Of a stretch of DNA of 64,000 bases, positions 26,954 through 36,941 are shown piece after piece. Where the stretch lies: the NCBI GenBank assembly GCA_002317355.1, contig DCJC01000056.1:7307-71306 (forward strand), in the 5' to 3' direction. The position numbers and the translations under genes are program-made. How positions within the stretch are numbered: position 1 is the stretch's first letter; the number at the start of each line of letters is the position of its first letter. The stretch comes from Prevotellaceae bacterium UBA1710. GTDB taxonomy: Bacteria; Bacteroidota; Bacteroidia; Bacteroidales; Bacteroidaceae. Below the pieces are notes generated by a model. That model was not told where the DNA came from. It made no database searches and saw nothing but the letters and a program-made list of their open reading frames with translations.

Positions 26954-28051
26954 CTATTTTAATCCTGCATAAAACTCATCCAATAGACCATAAGCTGCCA
27001 TGAAGCTTGTTTTTTCACCATTTTGAACGCTTTGTTCAGCTTCCTCAAGTCTTTTGGCAATGATTGGGTCATTATAGAACTTGTTCCTTAGACTTGCCTC
27101 GATGGTTTCGTACATCCAGTATTTGTTCTGTCTATGGCGACGAGTGTCGAAATATCCGTTCTCCTTTACGAAGTCCACGTATTCAAAGATCATATCCCAG
27201 ACTTCCTTAACGCCATATCCATAGAAACCAGAGTAGCAAAGCACCTTAGGCAGCCAACCGCTTTCTGGCATTGGGAAGAAATGAAGTGCGTTGCGGAAAT
27301 TAGTAGCAGCCATCTGACATCTATCCACATTATCTCCATCACATTTGTTCACAACGATACCATCTGCAATCTCCATGATTCCTCGTTTGATGCCTTGAAG
27401 CTCGTCGCCTGTACCTGCTACCTGAATGAGCAGGAAGAAATCCACCATGGAATGACACGCTGTTTCACTCTGGCCTACACCTACAGTCTCAATAAAGATC
27501 TTATCATAGCCTGCAGCCTCGCAAAGAATAACGGTTTCACGAGTCTTTCTTGCAACACCACCAAGAGAACCTGCTGATGGTGAAGGGCGTATGAATGCAT
27601 CTTGTCTCGTAGATAATTTCTCCATTCTTGTTTTGTCGCCAAGAATACTTCCCTTGCTCCTTTCTGAAGAAGGGTCGATAGCAAGAACTGCAAGTTTACC
27701 TCCATAGGTGTCCAGGACGTGTGTACCAAACAGATCGATAGAAGTACTCTTGCCTGCTCCAGGAACACCACTAATGCCGATTCTTACAGACTTTCCGCTG
27801 TAAGGGAGGCATTTCTCGATTACTTTTTGTGCCTTAGCCTGATGGTCTGGGTTGATGGATTCGATAAGCGTAACTGCTTGTGAGAGAATGGTGACATCAC
27901 CTCGTAAAATTCCTTCAACCATCTCGTCAACGCTATATTCCTTATGACGAAAACGACCGCGTTTCAGATATGGGTTTATGATAGAAGGCTGAGCAACGCC
28001 ACTATTGACTGTAAGACCTGCAAACTCGCTACTATTTTCTGGATGTTCCAT
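26954..28051 (-). CDS. meaB: methylmalonyl-CoA mutase-associated GTPase
   Basis: GVPGAGKST, DPSS..SKGSILGDKTRM, ETVGVGQSE, NKCD. Confidence 0.95.
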   Translation of the reverse strand: MEHPENSSEFAGLTVNSGVAQPSIINPYLKRGRFRHKEYSVDEMVEGILRGDVTILSQAVTLIESINPDHQAKAQKVIEKCLPYSGKSVRIGISGVPGAGKSTSIDLFGTHVLDTYGGKLAVLAIDPSSERSKGSILGDKTRMEKLSTRQDAFIRPSPSAGSLGGVARKTRETVILCEAAGYDKIFIETVGVGQSETACHSMVDFFLLIQVAGTGDELQGIKRGIMEIADGIVVNKCDGDNVDRCQMAATNFRNALHFFPMPESGWLPKVLCYSGFYGYGVKEVWDMIFEYVDFVKENGYFDTRRHRQNKYWMYETIEASLRNKFYNDPIIAKRLEEAEQSVQNGEKTSFMAAYGLLDEFYAGLK

Positions 28052-28069
28052 AATGGAGATATTATAAGT

Positions 28070-29131
28070 TTACTTCTTTATTTCAATTATAACTTTCTGC
28101 TGCTTAAAATCGTTGGTGATCATAAGGATACGTGGACGGGTTTTTACCTTTGCCAAGTCCTCAGCATAACCAGTTATCTTCATCTTGGTACTTTCGCCTG
28201 CAGCCAAAGCCTTCTTGCCTAGTGTTATTTCTATACCAGGAGTAAACAGCTGCATAGAGCGAATCTCAAGTGGAGTCTTTCCCTTGTTCGTTATCACGAT
28301 TTCTGCCTTCTTTTTAGTGCCTTTTATGTTTGAAAGGTCAACGGTTGTAGAAGATAGCTGAATACGTGGGCTTCGATACATTGCTGCCTCGTCAAGGTTA
28401 GGCTCTGGAGGGAGTAGTACCGCTGAAACCATGATTTCCTTATCTTCGGATACATTCTCACCCATGCCTTTTGCCAGATAGATGCTTGACTGAGTCAGAC
28501 CAAGTGAATGAAGCTTACTTGTGTTGAGCACAAGATGTATTACACCTTCGTCCTTAGGACCGATACGCTTCGGCAGAATCTCTGCTCTGAGATAGTTAGG
28601 TAGATGCATAACGACAGGCTCTACATATTGATTGTTAGGGTTCATGATGTGAATGTCCTGAACAACCAATACTCCACGATTCACATCATCAAACTCAATC
28701 GTATTTACATCTGTAAGCAAACCTCCGATAGAGTAGGGGTAGTTGCCTGGATGTGTCTCAACCTTAGTAACTACAATTCCCTTAACGGTAACGTATGTTG
28801 GCTCTTTCTCGCCTTTTACGTAGATAGCTACATCACGTTGGAAGTGTCCAAGTTGCTTTGCATCATATGTTGCGCTCACCTTGAAATCAGCACCTGCAGG
28901 CAGACTTCCTACTGGGAATCCAACCTGTGTGCAGTTACATCCAGAGTACATGCTGGATATTTCGATAGGATTTGCAGAAACATTCTTTACATCAAAAGTT
29001 GCTGTGACAGGCTTCATGAATTGCACCTGCCCCAGATCTACAACATTATTTATTACCTGCAATGTCTGTGCCGAGGCAAAGAGCGGAAATGCAAGTAGAA
29101 GTGATAGTGATATCTTTTTCATTTGCTTCAA
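28070..29131 (-). CDS. DUF1573 domain (Ig-like) exported protein
   Basis: TTG start (ATG 3 codons later), SGCNCT motif, ITND near the C-terminus; adjacent to meaB as in other Bacteroidales. Confidence 0.85.
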   Translation of the reverse strand: MKQMKKISLSLLLAFPLFASAQTLQVINNVVDLGQVQFMKPVTATFDVKNVSANPIEISSMYSGCNCTQVGFPVGSLPAGADFKVSATYDAKQLGHFQRDVAIYVKGEKEPTYVTVKGIVVTKVETHPGNYPYSIGGLLTDVNTIEFDDVNRGVLVVQDIHIMNPNNQYVEPVVMHLPNYLRAEILPKRIGPKDEGVIHLVLNTSKLHSLGLTQSSIYLAKGMGENVSEDKEIMVSAVLLPPEPNLDEAAMYRSPRIQLSSTTVDLSNIKGTKKKAEIVITNKGKTPLEIRSMQLFTPGIEITLGKKALAAGESTKMKITGYAEDLAKVKTRPRILMITNDFKQQKVIIEIKK

Positions 29132-29135
29132 TATT

Positions 29136-32100
29136 TTATTTTACCACATAGTTGGAACCAGGAGTTCTTCCTGTAAAGACTGGTGAATACGTACAGGTTG
29201 CTGTTGCAATACCTGATGTGTAGTTACCTGTTCTTGCTACATAATATGATGTCTTTATCACATGAGTACCTTTTCTCATCATATTATAGCAGTATTCTGT
29301 CTTTGTGTCACGAACTATCTTGTAGGTTCCGTTGCTATAGCCAGAAAGTTGTTCTACAGGTTCAAGGCAAGCAGGACGATTATCTGTTACCGTTACGAAG
29401 TCGTAGTCGCGATCTGCTGTAATGGTAATAGTAACCTCTACCTTGTCTCCAACCTTAAGTTCCTTGCCATTGGTCTCTACTTTTCTTGTTATAGAAAGAC
29501 CTGTAGAAGATTCTGAACTTTCTGTTGCTGCCTGTTTATATTCGATAAATACATTTGCCCATGACTCGCCATTGGTATGTTTTGTGAAAGAAAGGACCTT
29601 GTCTTTTGATGTAATGTCCTTTGACGTCTTCACATAGCCAAGAGCAGATGTGTATTCTTGTGCCTCAAGTCTTGTCTTTCCTAATGCGATATCTGCAGGA
29701 ACGCCTTTCCTTAGTGATGTTGTTGTGCCTTGTGATGGGCAGAGGAAAGCGTAGATAGCATCAATAGCATTAATTGGAGTATCCCATGACTGGGTCCTCT
29801 TGCTTTGTAGGAGCCAACGCTTCATCTCAACAATCTCCTTTGCAGAATTATTACTGTCGATAAGTTTGAGCGCCTCTATTACTGAAACCTGAGTCGGAAT
29901 CTTATAATCACACCATGAGTATGCTGCACGCTTTGAGTCAAAGTATCTGCCGAGGTCATCACGATATACGGTATGCTCTTTTATACTCTTGATGAATTCT
30001 TCAGCCTTGCTCTTTTTACCTCCATAATAGAGAATTATTGCTGCCTCTGCCTTTGTCCTCATATCGTCATAACGACTTTCCTCATATACGAACTTGAGCA
30101 GTTTTTCGGCCTTACTGTTGCTGCTCAATTTTGTGCCATTAGCCTTTGCCAAAGCTCTGCAATATAGATAGTCGAATACATCAGAAGGCAGATACTTGTA
30201 TTCCTTCATGTCTGCATATCTTTCTCCGATCTCCTTGTCAAGGAATGTGCAGGCACGCTTTATCAGTTGTTCATTCTGCTTCTTTATCTTCTCGTCATTA
30301 GTCATGAGGTTAAGACGAAGAAGTGTCTTAAGAACATATACGGTCATGTATGAACTACCATCCATACCATACCACCAACTCCATGAACCATCACTATTCT
30401 GCAATGAAGAGAGACGCTCCAAGGCATCTGTATTGCGATAGTTCAAAGAGATAGAATCGAATAGTTCTGTCAATTCATTTGACTTCCAATCCTTAACGGC
30501 ATTCCTAATCTCTGGGTTTGAACGTGCAATTTCTGAGGCAATAGAGTTAGCATAATATGCTGCTGCAAGGCAGATAGCACATTGATCGTTTGCCTTTAAG
30601 ATTGATGGCAATGACTTTATCATCAGCCACTCTGGATTGTCTGTATATTCCACCTTGAGGTGCTTCTCATTTACAGAAGGCATAATACTCTTCAGATCAA
30701 ATTGCTTTGTGCCTGCCTCTGTAAGAATGAAAGTCTTGGTATTAACCATAAACTCTTTCTGTGAAAGTATAGGCAGGTCTTTTTGCTCGCCATCAGAGAA
30801 TGTACCCTCGTCGCTCTTGCCTGAAACGCTATAACGAACGATGATAGATTTATCCTCCTGATTCTTTGAGTCGTAAGAGAATGCTACTGCCTCTGTTTCA
30901 CCAGCCTTGATAGTTACTTTCTTGTTCTTTGTATAAAGAACCTTTTCTGTCTTGGCATCAAGTATAGTAAACTTAACCGTAGCATCAATATCCTTTTCTG
31001 TAAGGTTAGAAACAGAAGCTGGAATATCTGTAATGTCACCTTCGCGTAGGAATCGAGGTAAGCGAGGTTGAATCATCAGTTTCTTCTGAGCTACGACCTC
31101 ATCTGTCATTGTTCCGAATCTGATATCCTTATCGTGAGCAAATGCCATGAACTTCCATGTTGTTACGCTCTCAGGAAGTGTGAATGATAGTGTGGCAATA
31201 CCCTTGTCGTCAGTTCTCAACTGAGGCATGAAGAAAGCCGTCTCGTTGAGGTTTGTGCGGATTGGGACTTCTTCTTGGTTATCTTCTGTTTCTTCTAAGA
31301 CAGCATCATTGGCCGATTCTATATTCGCGAAACCAACAGCTACAACTGGTGCTTTTGCCATTTTGACCTCTGACAAAGAATGTGTCATAGATGATCCTGT
31401 AAGACTTCTTTTCTTTTGAACTCCGTATCCCATTACCACAAAATCATTCATGATGTTATACCCTGGATAATAAGGATCGAATGTAGAGAACTCGAACGAT
31501 TTGAGACTTGCTTTTTTGCTGTATTTTGAATACCAGATACTTGTATATGAATCTTGACGTGAAATCTTCCATTCATTTAAAGGGATATAAGGACTTGAAA
31601 TTCCATTGAAATGCCATGAGTGAGACTTCAACGCATCAAGTGACTTGTCGTAAAGTACTGCCATTACGTTTGCGTTGGCAGGTGTCCCGTTATTGTCCGT
31701 AATGGAAAGTTGCCATTCTTCTTTCTGTCCTGGTTCAAGCTTGTTACGGAATGTTGTCCAATTCAACTTGAGGGTTTTGTCTGGTAATGGTCGTTTAATG
31801 ACAGTACTGTGATTATACCATTTTCCGTTACGAACCCATGCTATTGTATAGCAGATACCATCGCCATACTCTTCCTTGTACTCAAATTTACGTGCTACAA
31901 CAGATGAGTCAAGCGTTAACGCTCCTGATTCAATAATTTTATTGTCGCAGAATATTGAATAAACAGCATACACATCTTTGTCACAAGTACCAAACTGGAT
32001 TGTAGCAGGGAATTCCTTACTTGTCTCATACCACCAATCGCGAGTTTCGGTTGCTGGAACCTTGTCCTCAAGGCTGAAGAGTACGAATTTCTTCTCTATA

Positions 32101-34493
32101 GTATCATTACTACAAATGGCCTTTATGAAATGGGAACCAGATGGGAGGTACATAGGAATCATATAGGACTTACCACAGACGGCTTTCTCCTGTTCTTTGC
32201 CGTCAATCTCTATAGACACTTCTCCTGCAATTTCTGTACCAGCATTATTCCTACGAGTGAATGTTATCTCAATAGGCTTTTCGCCTTTGAGATATTTATC
32301 CTTGATGTCGCTTGTGAGAGCTGTTGAACGATTGCTAAGAGGCATAGATAATTGCGCTTCGTGTGATTCTCCTGCAATATCGGTGACTACGGCTGTTGCC
32401 TTTATGTCGTAGAATTGTGGATGCCACCAATAGCGAAGAGGACTTATTCCATTGTCCTTGTTCTCCTTTGGAAGAATCATTGGCATTTTCATTACGAAAT
32501 TGCCTGAAGCATCTGTCTGTATTGTGTCCTCGAGTAGTATAGCACTATTGTTGTCCATACTTCTCCACCACCATGAGTTGTTACGCTGGATAGTATAGCA
32601 AACCTTGGCGTTGCTAACTGCTACACCACTATATGTTTTTGCTGTACCCTTAACCTCGATAGTATCACCATCCTTGTATTCAATCTCGGGTTTGCTAATA
32701 GTTACTTCGAAGGTAGGGCGCACATATTCCTCTACATTAATTGTGGTAGAAAATTTGTCGTTTGCTCTAATCGTGAATCTTCCGTTCTTTGTGTTCTCTG
32801 GGAGAACGAAGTCTGTTGTAGCTACGCCGAAATCGTCAGAGACTACCTTGACATTCGCAATCTCTTTGTATTCTGCATTCTTAAGGGTAACGGTTAGCTC
32901 CTTATTTGGAGCAACCTTTGTTTCTTTGTTACCAATCAGATTGTATGTAAGGAAAGATACGTGAACTGTTTGCCCAGGGCGATATAATGCACGATCGGTG
33001 AATCCTTTCACTTTGAAGGATACGCTATTGTCTTTTTTGTAATCATAGAAACTGGAGTAATATTGATAGTAAAGCATTGCTTTATCTGTATCGGTTGTTG
33101 CATAAACCGATCTACGACCAGTTTCCTTGATATGGTTATGGATGTATTCTCCTTTCTCGTTGGTTGATACTGTTTTTTTTGTATATTCTTCCAGTATATT
33201 TTCATCTAGATGTAATTGGGCACCCGCAACAGGTTGACCAGAGATGGCGTTTACTACGACATAGCGTACTTGTCGCTTGTCTTGTTGTTGGTAAATAACC
33301 TTAAGATCGCTTACCATGAGCATGATTTTCTCATCGCTCTTTATGTTCTTTCCATCGCATTTTACTTCTACGAGATATAGTCCAAGAGGCAGATTACCTA
33401 TTGATAGGCTATCTTCAAAGTACTCGTAATTTTCATGTTTAGCCAATTCTTTTGTGAGATTAATAACCTTGCCCTTCTGGAGGTATTTATTCATACTTGG
33501 CCATTCTGACTGATCGTCCCAGTCTAAGTCTTCGAATTTCTCGTGATAGGTTGGTAATATGGGAGTAATGGAAACATCGACATTTTTGATGTTTCTTACA
33601 TCTTCAAAAAGAAGTTTTGCCTCTTGTTGGGTGTTCAGAGTACTTTCTTTTGCCCTTATGTTGGTTCTTGGAGCAATAAGTTCGCTTTGCTCGTATTTTA
33701 GGAATTCTACATCTTGCCATTGAGGCCAACGCTTAATCGCTTCGTCAATCCATTCTATCTGTTTTTTTGCAACTTCATTCCTATCGCCTGTAAAGAAATT
33801 CAACTTTCTTGAGGCAATAGCACCACACTCATTAAGATCGCCATAAATAGCAATTAATGAGTCGGCTTTTTTCATTAAATCATTTTTGTCGTATTTCCAT
33901 CTGTAGCTGTCAAGCATTTTTGCAGCTGCTATACAAGCTGCTTTTCTATTCCCTTTCTCGGAATAGAAACGTGCTAATGGCTCATAGTCGTTCTGAAATT
34001 CTGCTATTACGCTGATCAGGTCGTGGCAGAAATACTTACTGTCTTGGCCTTTCTTTACCAACGGAACATATTTCAGAGCTCCATTTTCCTTTGTGAGTTC
34101 GTTGACGAGTTCTAGATTTGTGTGATAGAGAAGACTATCTACCAACTTTGCTTTATCACCCCTAGGAATGAGTTTATAGATGCATCCTGCTACAGGATCA
34201 ACCTTTGATATGTTTCTGTATTTTTCCTTAAGGCGCTCTCGCATAACGGCAATAGAGTCGTCGGAGAGTTGTTTTAGTACAATGGCCTCTTTATAGAGTG
34301 CAGAAATAAGATGACCATACAGCTTTTCCTTTTCTGCCTTTTCTTCTATCGTTTTGAGATGAGAAAGGGCAGTTTGAGGATAGTCATTATCCATAGCTTT
34401 CTCATACTTCTTCCAGAGTGAAGTGTAGTCTCCCTGTGCTGACAATCCTAATGCCAGCATAGAGAGTAGCAATATGGTCAATAGTTTCTTCAT
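29136..34493 (-). CDS. bacterial alpha-2-macroglobulin family protein
   Basis: FTDRALYRPGQ, EEYVRPTFEV, RTNLNETAFF.PQL, PRFLREGD, LQNSDGSWSW. Confidence 0.93.
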   Translation of the reverse strand: MKKLLTILLLSMLALGLSAQGDYTSLWKKYEKAMDNDYPQTALSHLKTIEEKAEKEKLYGHLISALYKEAIVLKQLSDDSIAVMRERLKEKYRNISKVDPVAGCIYKLIPRGDKAKLVDSLLYHTNLELVNELTKENGALKYVPLVKKGQDSKYFCHDLISVIAEFQNDYEPLARFYSEKGNRKAACIAAAKMLDSYRWKYDKNDLMKKADSLIAIYGDLNECGAIASRKLNFFTGDRNEVAKKQIEWIDEAIKRWPQWQDVEFLKYEQSELIAPRTNIRAKESTLNTQQEAKLLFEDVRNIKNVDVSITPILPTYHEKFEDLDWDDQSEWPSMNKYLQKGKVINLTKELAKHENYEYFEDSLSIGNLPLGLYLVEVKCDGKNIKSDEKIMLMVSDLKVIYQQQDKRQVRYVVVNAISGQPVAGAQLHLDENILEEYTKKTVSTNEKGEYIHNHIKETGRRSVYATTDTDKAMLYYQYYSSFYDYKKDNSVSFKVKGFTDRALYRPGQTVHVSFLTYNLIGNKETKVAPNKELTVTLKNAEYKEIANVKVVSDDFGVATTDFVLPENTKNGRFTIRANDKFSTTINVEEYVRPTFEVTISKPEIEYKDGDTIEVKGTAKTYSGVAVSNAKVCYTIQRNNSWWWRSMDNNSAILLEDTIQTDASGNFVMKMPMILPKENKDNGISPLRYWWHPQFYDIKATAVVTDIAGESHEAQLSMPLSNRSTALTSDIKDKYLKGEKPIEITFTRRNNAGTEIAGEVSIEIDGKEQEKAVCGKSYMIPMYLPSGSHFIKAICSNDTIEKKFVLFSLEDKVPATETRDWWYETSKEFPATIQFGTCDKDVYAVYSIFCDNKIIESGALTLDSSVVARKFEYKEEYGDGICYTIAWVRNGKWYNHSTVIKRPLPDKTLKLNWTTFRNKLEPGQKEEWQLSITDNNGTPANANVMAVLYDKSLDALKSHSWHFNGISSPYIPLNEWKISRQDSYTSIWYSKYSKKASLKSFEFSTFDPYYPGYNIMNDFVVMGYGVQKKRSLTGSSMTHSLSEVKMAKAPVVAVGFANIESANDAVLEETEDNQEEVPIRTNLNETAFFMPQLRTDDKGIATLSFTLPESVTTWKFMAFAHDKDIRFGTMTDEVVAQKKLMIQPRLPRFLREGDITDIPASVSNLTEKDIDATVKFTILDAKTEKVLYTKNKKVTIKAGETEAVAFSYDSKNQEDKSIIVRYSVSGKSDEGTFSDGEQKDLPILSQKEFMVNTKTFILTEAGTKQFDLKSIMPSVNEKHLKVEYTDNPEWLMIKSLPSILKANDQCAICLAAAYYANSIASEIARSNPEIRNAVKDWKSNELTELFDSISLNYRNTDALERLSSLQNSDGSWSWWYGMDGSSYMTVYVLKTLLRLNLMTNDEKIKKQNEQLIKRACTFLDKEIGERYADMKEYKYLPSDVFDYLYCRALAKANGTKLSSNSKAEKLLKFVYEESRYDDMRTKAEAAIILYYGGKKSKAEEFIKSIKEHTVYRDDLGRYFDSKRAAYSWCDYKIPTQVSVIEALKLIDSNNSAKEIVEMKRWLLQSKRTQSWDTPINAIDAIYAFLCPSQGTTTSLRKGVPADIALGKTRLEAQEYTSALGYVKTSKDITSKDKVLSFTKHTNGESWANVFIEYKQAATESSESSTGLSITRKVETNGKELKVGDKVEVTITITADRDYDFVTVTDNRPACLEPVEQLSGYSNGTYKIVRDTKTEYCYNMMRKGTHVIKTSYYVARTGNYTSGIATATCTYSPVFTGRTPGSNYVVK

Positions 34494-34539
34494 TTCTGAA
34501 TTAATCCATTGGGTGAATCGGTAATTAGTAACTTGTACT

Positions 34540-35637
34540 TTATTTCGTCTTAACGATCTTTGTCTTTTCCTGCTCCTGGTTTCTTCTGTTCACTACGGTT
34601 ACAACGCTCTGGGCAAGAGAGAGGAATGCCTGACCAGTTACGGTGTTCTCGTCTAGAGCTGCAGGTGTACCCGCATCTCCCTTTTCACAAATGCCCTGAA
34701 CGAGTGGAATCTGAGCGAGAAGTGGCACATTCATTTCCTTGGCGAGATTCTTACAGCCTTCCTTGCCAAAGATGTAGTACTTGTTTTCTGGAAGTTCGGC
34801 GGGTGTGAACCAAGCCATGTTCTCGATGAGGCCAAGGATTGGCACGTTAACCTTGTCATTGGTGTACATGTCGATACCCTTGCGAGCGTCTGCCAATGCC
34901 ACCTGCTGTGGAGTACTTACGATAACGGCTCCTGTAATGGCGAGTGTCTGAAGAAGAGTGAGGTGGATATCACTTGTGCCAGGAGGTGTGTCGAGAATGA
35001 AATAGTCGAGCTCACCCCAATCAGCATCAGCAATAAGCTGCTTCAAAGCAGAACAAGCCATGCCGCCTCTCCAGAGAGTAGCTGTGTCTCTTCCAACGAA
35101 GAAACCGATAGAGAGAAGTTTTACTCCGTATTGCTCAACTGGTACGATAAGCTGACGGCCGTCTTTCTCTATTGCGTATGGACGCTCATCTTCTACGTTG
35201 AACATCTTTGGCATGCTTGGGCCGAATACATCGGTGTCAAGAAGTCCTACCTTATAACCGAGGCGTGCAAGTGCGATAGCGAGATTTGCAGATACCGTGC
35301 TCTTGCCAACGCCACCCTTACCAGAACTTACGGCAATAATATTCTTTACACCAGGAAGAAGGTTCTCAACCTCTGGACGTGGAGCTGACTTGTATTCCAA
35401 CTTGATGTTTACCTCAACATCCTTGCCTACATGATAGTGGATAGCTGCTTCTGCTGCCTTTACTGTTGACTTGAGGAATGGATCTGTCTCACGTGGGAAG
35501 ATGAGTACGATAGTAACGCTATTGCCGTTGATGCTTGGTGTATCAGCAAGCATTTCTGACTCGATGAGGTTCTTCTTTGTGCCAGCGTAGATAACTGTTG
35601 CCAGCGCGTCTGTTATGAGTTTTGGGTATATGTTCAT
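34540..35637 (-). CDS. apbC: Mrp/NBP35 Fe-S cluster carrier ATPase
   Basis: SGKGGVGKST, LDTPPGTSD, ENM motifs. Confidence 0.93.
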   Translation of the reverse strand: MNIYPKLITDALATVIYAGTKKNLIESEMLADTPSINGNSVTIVLIFPRETDPFLKSTVKAAEAAIHYHVGKDVEVNIKLEYKSAPRPEVENLLPGVKNIIAVSSGKGGVGKSTVSANLAIALARLGYKVGLLDTDVFGPSMPKMFNVEDERPYAIEKDGRQLIVPVEQYGVKLLSIGFFVGRDTATLWRGGMACSALKQLIADADWGELDYFILDTPPGTSDIHLTLLQTLAITGAVIVSTPQQVALADARKGIDMYTNDKVNVPILGLIENMAWFTPAELPENKYYIFGKEGCKNLAKEMNVPLLAQIPLVQGICEKGDAGTPAALDENTVTGQAFLSLAQSVVTVVNRRNQEQEKTKIVKTK

Positions 35638-35679
35638 TGTTTGATTTTTTGCTGTTTAAAATTTATAATTTTAGAATAC

Positions 35680-35746
35680 AACGTGCGTAGCATCCTCGCA
35701 CGAATAACATAGTGCTTGTCAGCCCATAAAAGGGCTGGCGCACGTT
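35680..35746 (-). ncRNA. candidate structured 5'-UTR (three-helix junction) of mrp/apbC
   Basis: AACGUGCG/CGCACGUU, CAGCCC/GGGCUG, AGCA/UGCU helices just after the predicted TSS. Confidence 0.4.
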
Positions 35747-35761
35747 TATAATGTTAGAGTG

Positions 35762-35793
35762 CAAAGATACTAAAAAAAACATACATTTCCAAA
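35762..35793 (-). promoter_or_regulatory. primary-sigma promoter of the mrp operon
   Basis: TTTG-N20-TATCTTTG. Confidence 0.8.
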
Positions 35794-35822
35794 TCTTTCG
35801 AGTGAAAAGAATTTAAAGCAAC

Positions 35823-35852
35823 AAAAAAGGCTCGCAACCGAAGTTGCGAGCC
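35823..35852 (-). terminator. intrinsic terminator of the 175-aa barrel gene
   Basis: GGCTCGCAAC-TTCG-GTTGCGAGCC followed by TTTTTT on the minus strand. Confidence 0.9.
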
Positions 35853-35880
35853 AATATTTAATCGAGTTGTACTCTAAATA

Positions 35881-36408
35881 TTAGAGGTCGAAGTAAACAC
35901 CGAAAGAGAGGTCATTGCCGTCGATGCCAAGACCGAACATGTCCTTGTTGCCAGCATCCTCGCTATATGACTTCCAACCGAAGTAACCGAACTTAGCAAC
36001 GAGGCTAACTGTGTCACCTACCTTGTAGCAGAGACCTGGCTGAACACCGATACCGAAAGAGTTGCCTGCGTTCTTACCGTAAGTTGTGTAGTCGATACCA
36101 CCGTCAATGAAGAAAGAGAGCTTGTCCATCTGGCAGAAAGTATAACGAGCGTATGGATTTACCTGGAAACCCATTACTGCATCAGCATCACCATGCTTTA
36201 CAGACTCAACACCGAGCTTGATAGCTACTGCCCAGTTCTCGTCGAGGTTGTAACCGAGCTCTGGAGCAATACCCCAAGAAGTTGTAGCCTTTGCACCATC
36301 TTTCTTTGACTTAGCCCAATCAAAACCGAATGAACCACCAAGCCATGTCTGAGCATTTACTGTGATAGCCATCATAGCTACTACAGCGATTGCGAAAATC
36401 TTTTTCAT
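35881..36408 (-). CDS. small outer-membrane beta-barrel (porin family)
   Basis: signal peptide, WLGGSFG, APELGY, VNPYARY, C-terminal GVYFDL; codon usage like highly expressed genes. Confidence 0.87.
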   Translation of the reverse strand: MKKIFAIAVVAMMAITVNAQTWLGGSFGFDWAKSKKDGAKATTSWGIAPELGYNLDENWAVAIKLGVESVKHGDADAVMGFQVNPYARYTFCQMDKLSFFIDGGIDYTTYGKNAGNSFGIGVQPGLCYKVGDTVSLVAKFGYFGWKSYSEDAGNKDMFGLGIDGNDLSFGVYFDL

Positions 36409-36515
36409 AATTTTTTTAGTTGATTGAATTTGTTGTATCGTTCCTACTCTATCCTGAATACTGAGGTTTTCGGATTCCCCTCATTTGCTTTCTATTGTTA
36501 TCTGATTTGCGGTTG

Positions 36516-36547
36516 CAAAATTACGTTGAGAAATCTAAATTGGCAAA
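36516..36547 (-). promoter_or_regulatory. primary-sigma promoter
   Basis: TTTG-N20-TAATTTTG. Confidence 0.8.
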
Positions 36548-36725
36548 TTTTTCTGGTTAATTTGGCTGAATTGGTCGCTTTTCCTTGATGATAGTCAAGA
36601 AAAATTGCGAAAATGTAATGGATTACACTAAAATGTTCCAGAACTCGGAATTTATCTTATTTTGTGGTACTTAACTCTTTTACTTGAATCCTTCTTTACT
36701 GTATGTTGATTATAGCATTATTCTA

Positions 36726-36820
36726 AATCCAATATAATTTCAATTTATCTCCAATCTGGAATTGGAGTTGAATTGGACTTAGATTGGAGCTGAATTGGAC
36801 CTGCATTGGAGTTGCATTGA
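36726..36820. repeat. 11-bp-period back-to-back array (CCAAT x3 / ATTGGA x5-6)
   Basis: tctccaatctg gaattggagtt gaattggactt agattggagct gaattggacct gcattggagtt. Confidence 0.85.
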
Positions 36821-36941
36821 CGGAAAGACGAGGAGGAAATGAGGAAAAAGCGAACCGGGTTTGCTGATTTCATTCGAATCTCAAACTACCTACAAAAACA
36901 TAGTTCGCCATGAATTTGGAATTTCTGTTATATTTTTTTTT

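Noticed and set aside
26954-28051. meaB without adjacent methylmalonyl-CoA mutase genes
   Set aside because: The DUF1573-meaB arrangement apart from the mutase is common in Bacteroidales; not unusual.
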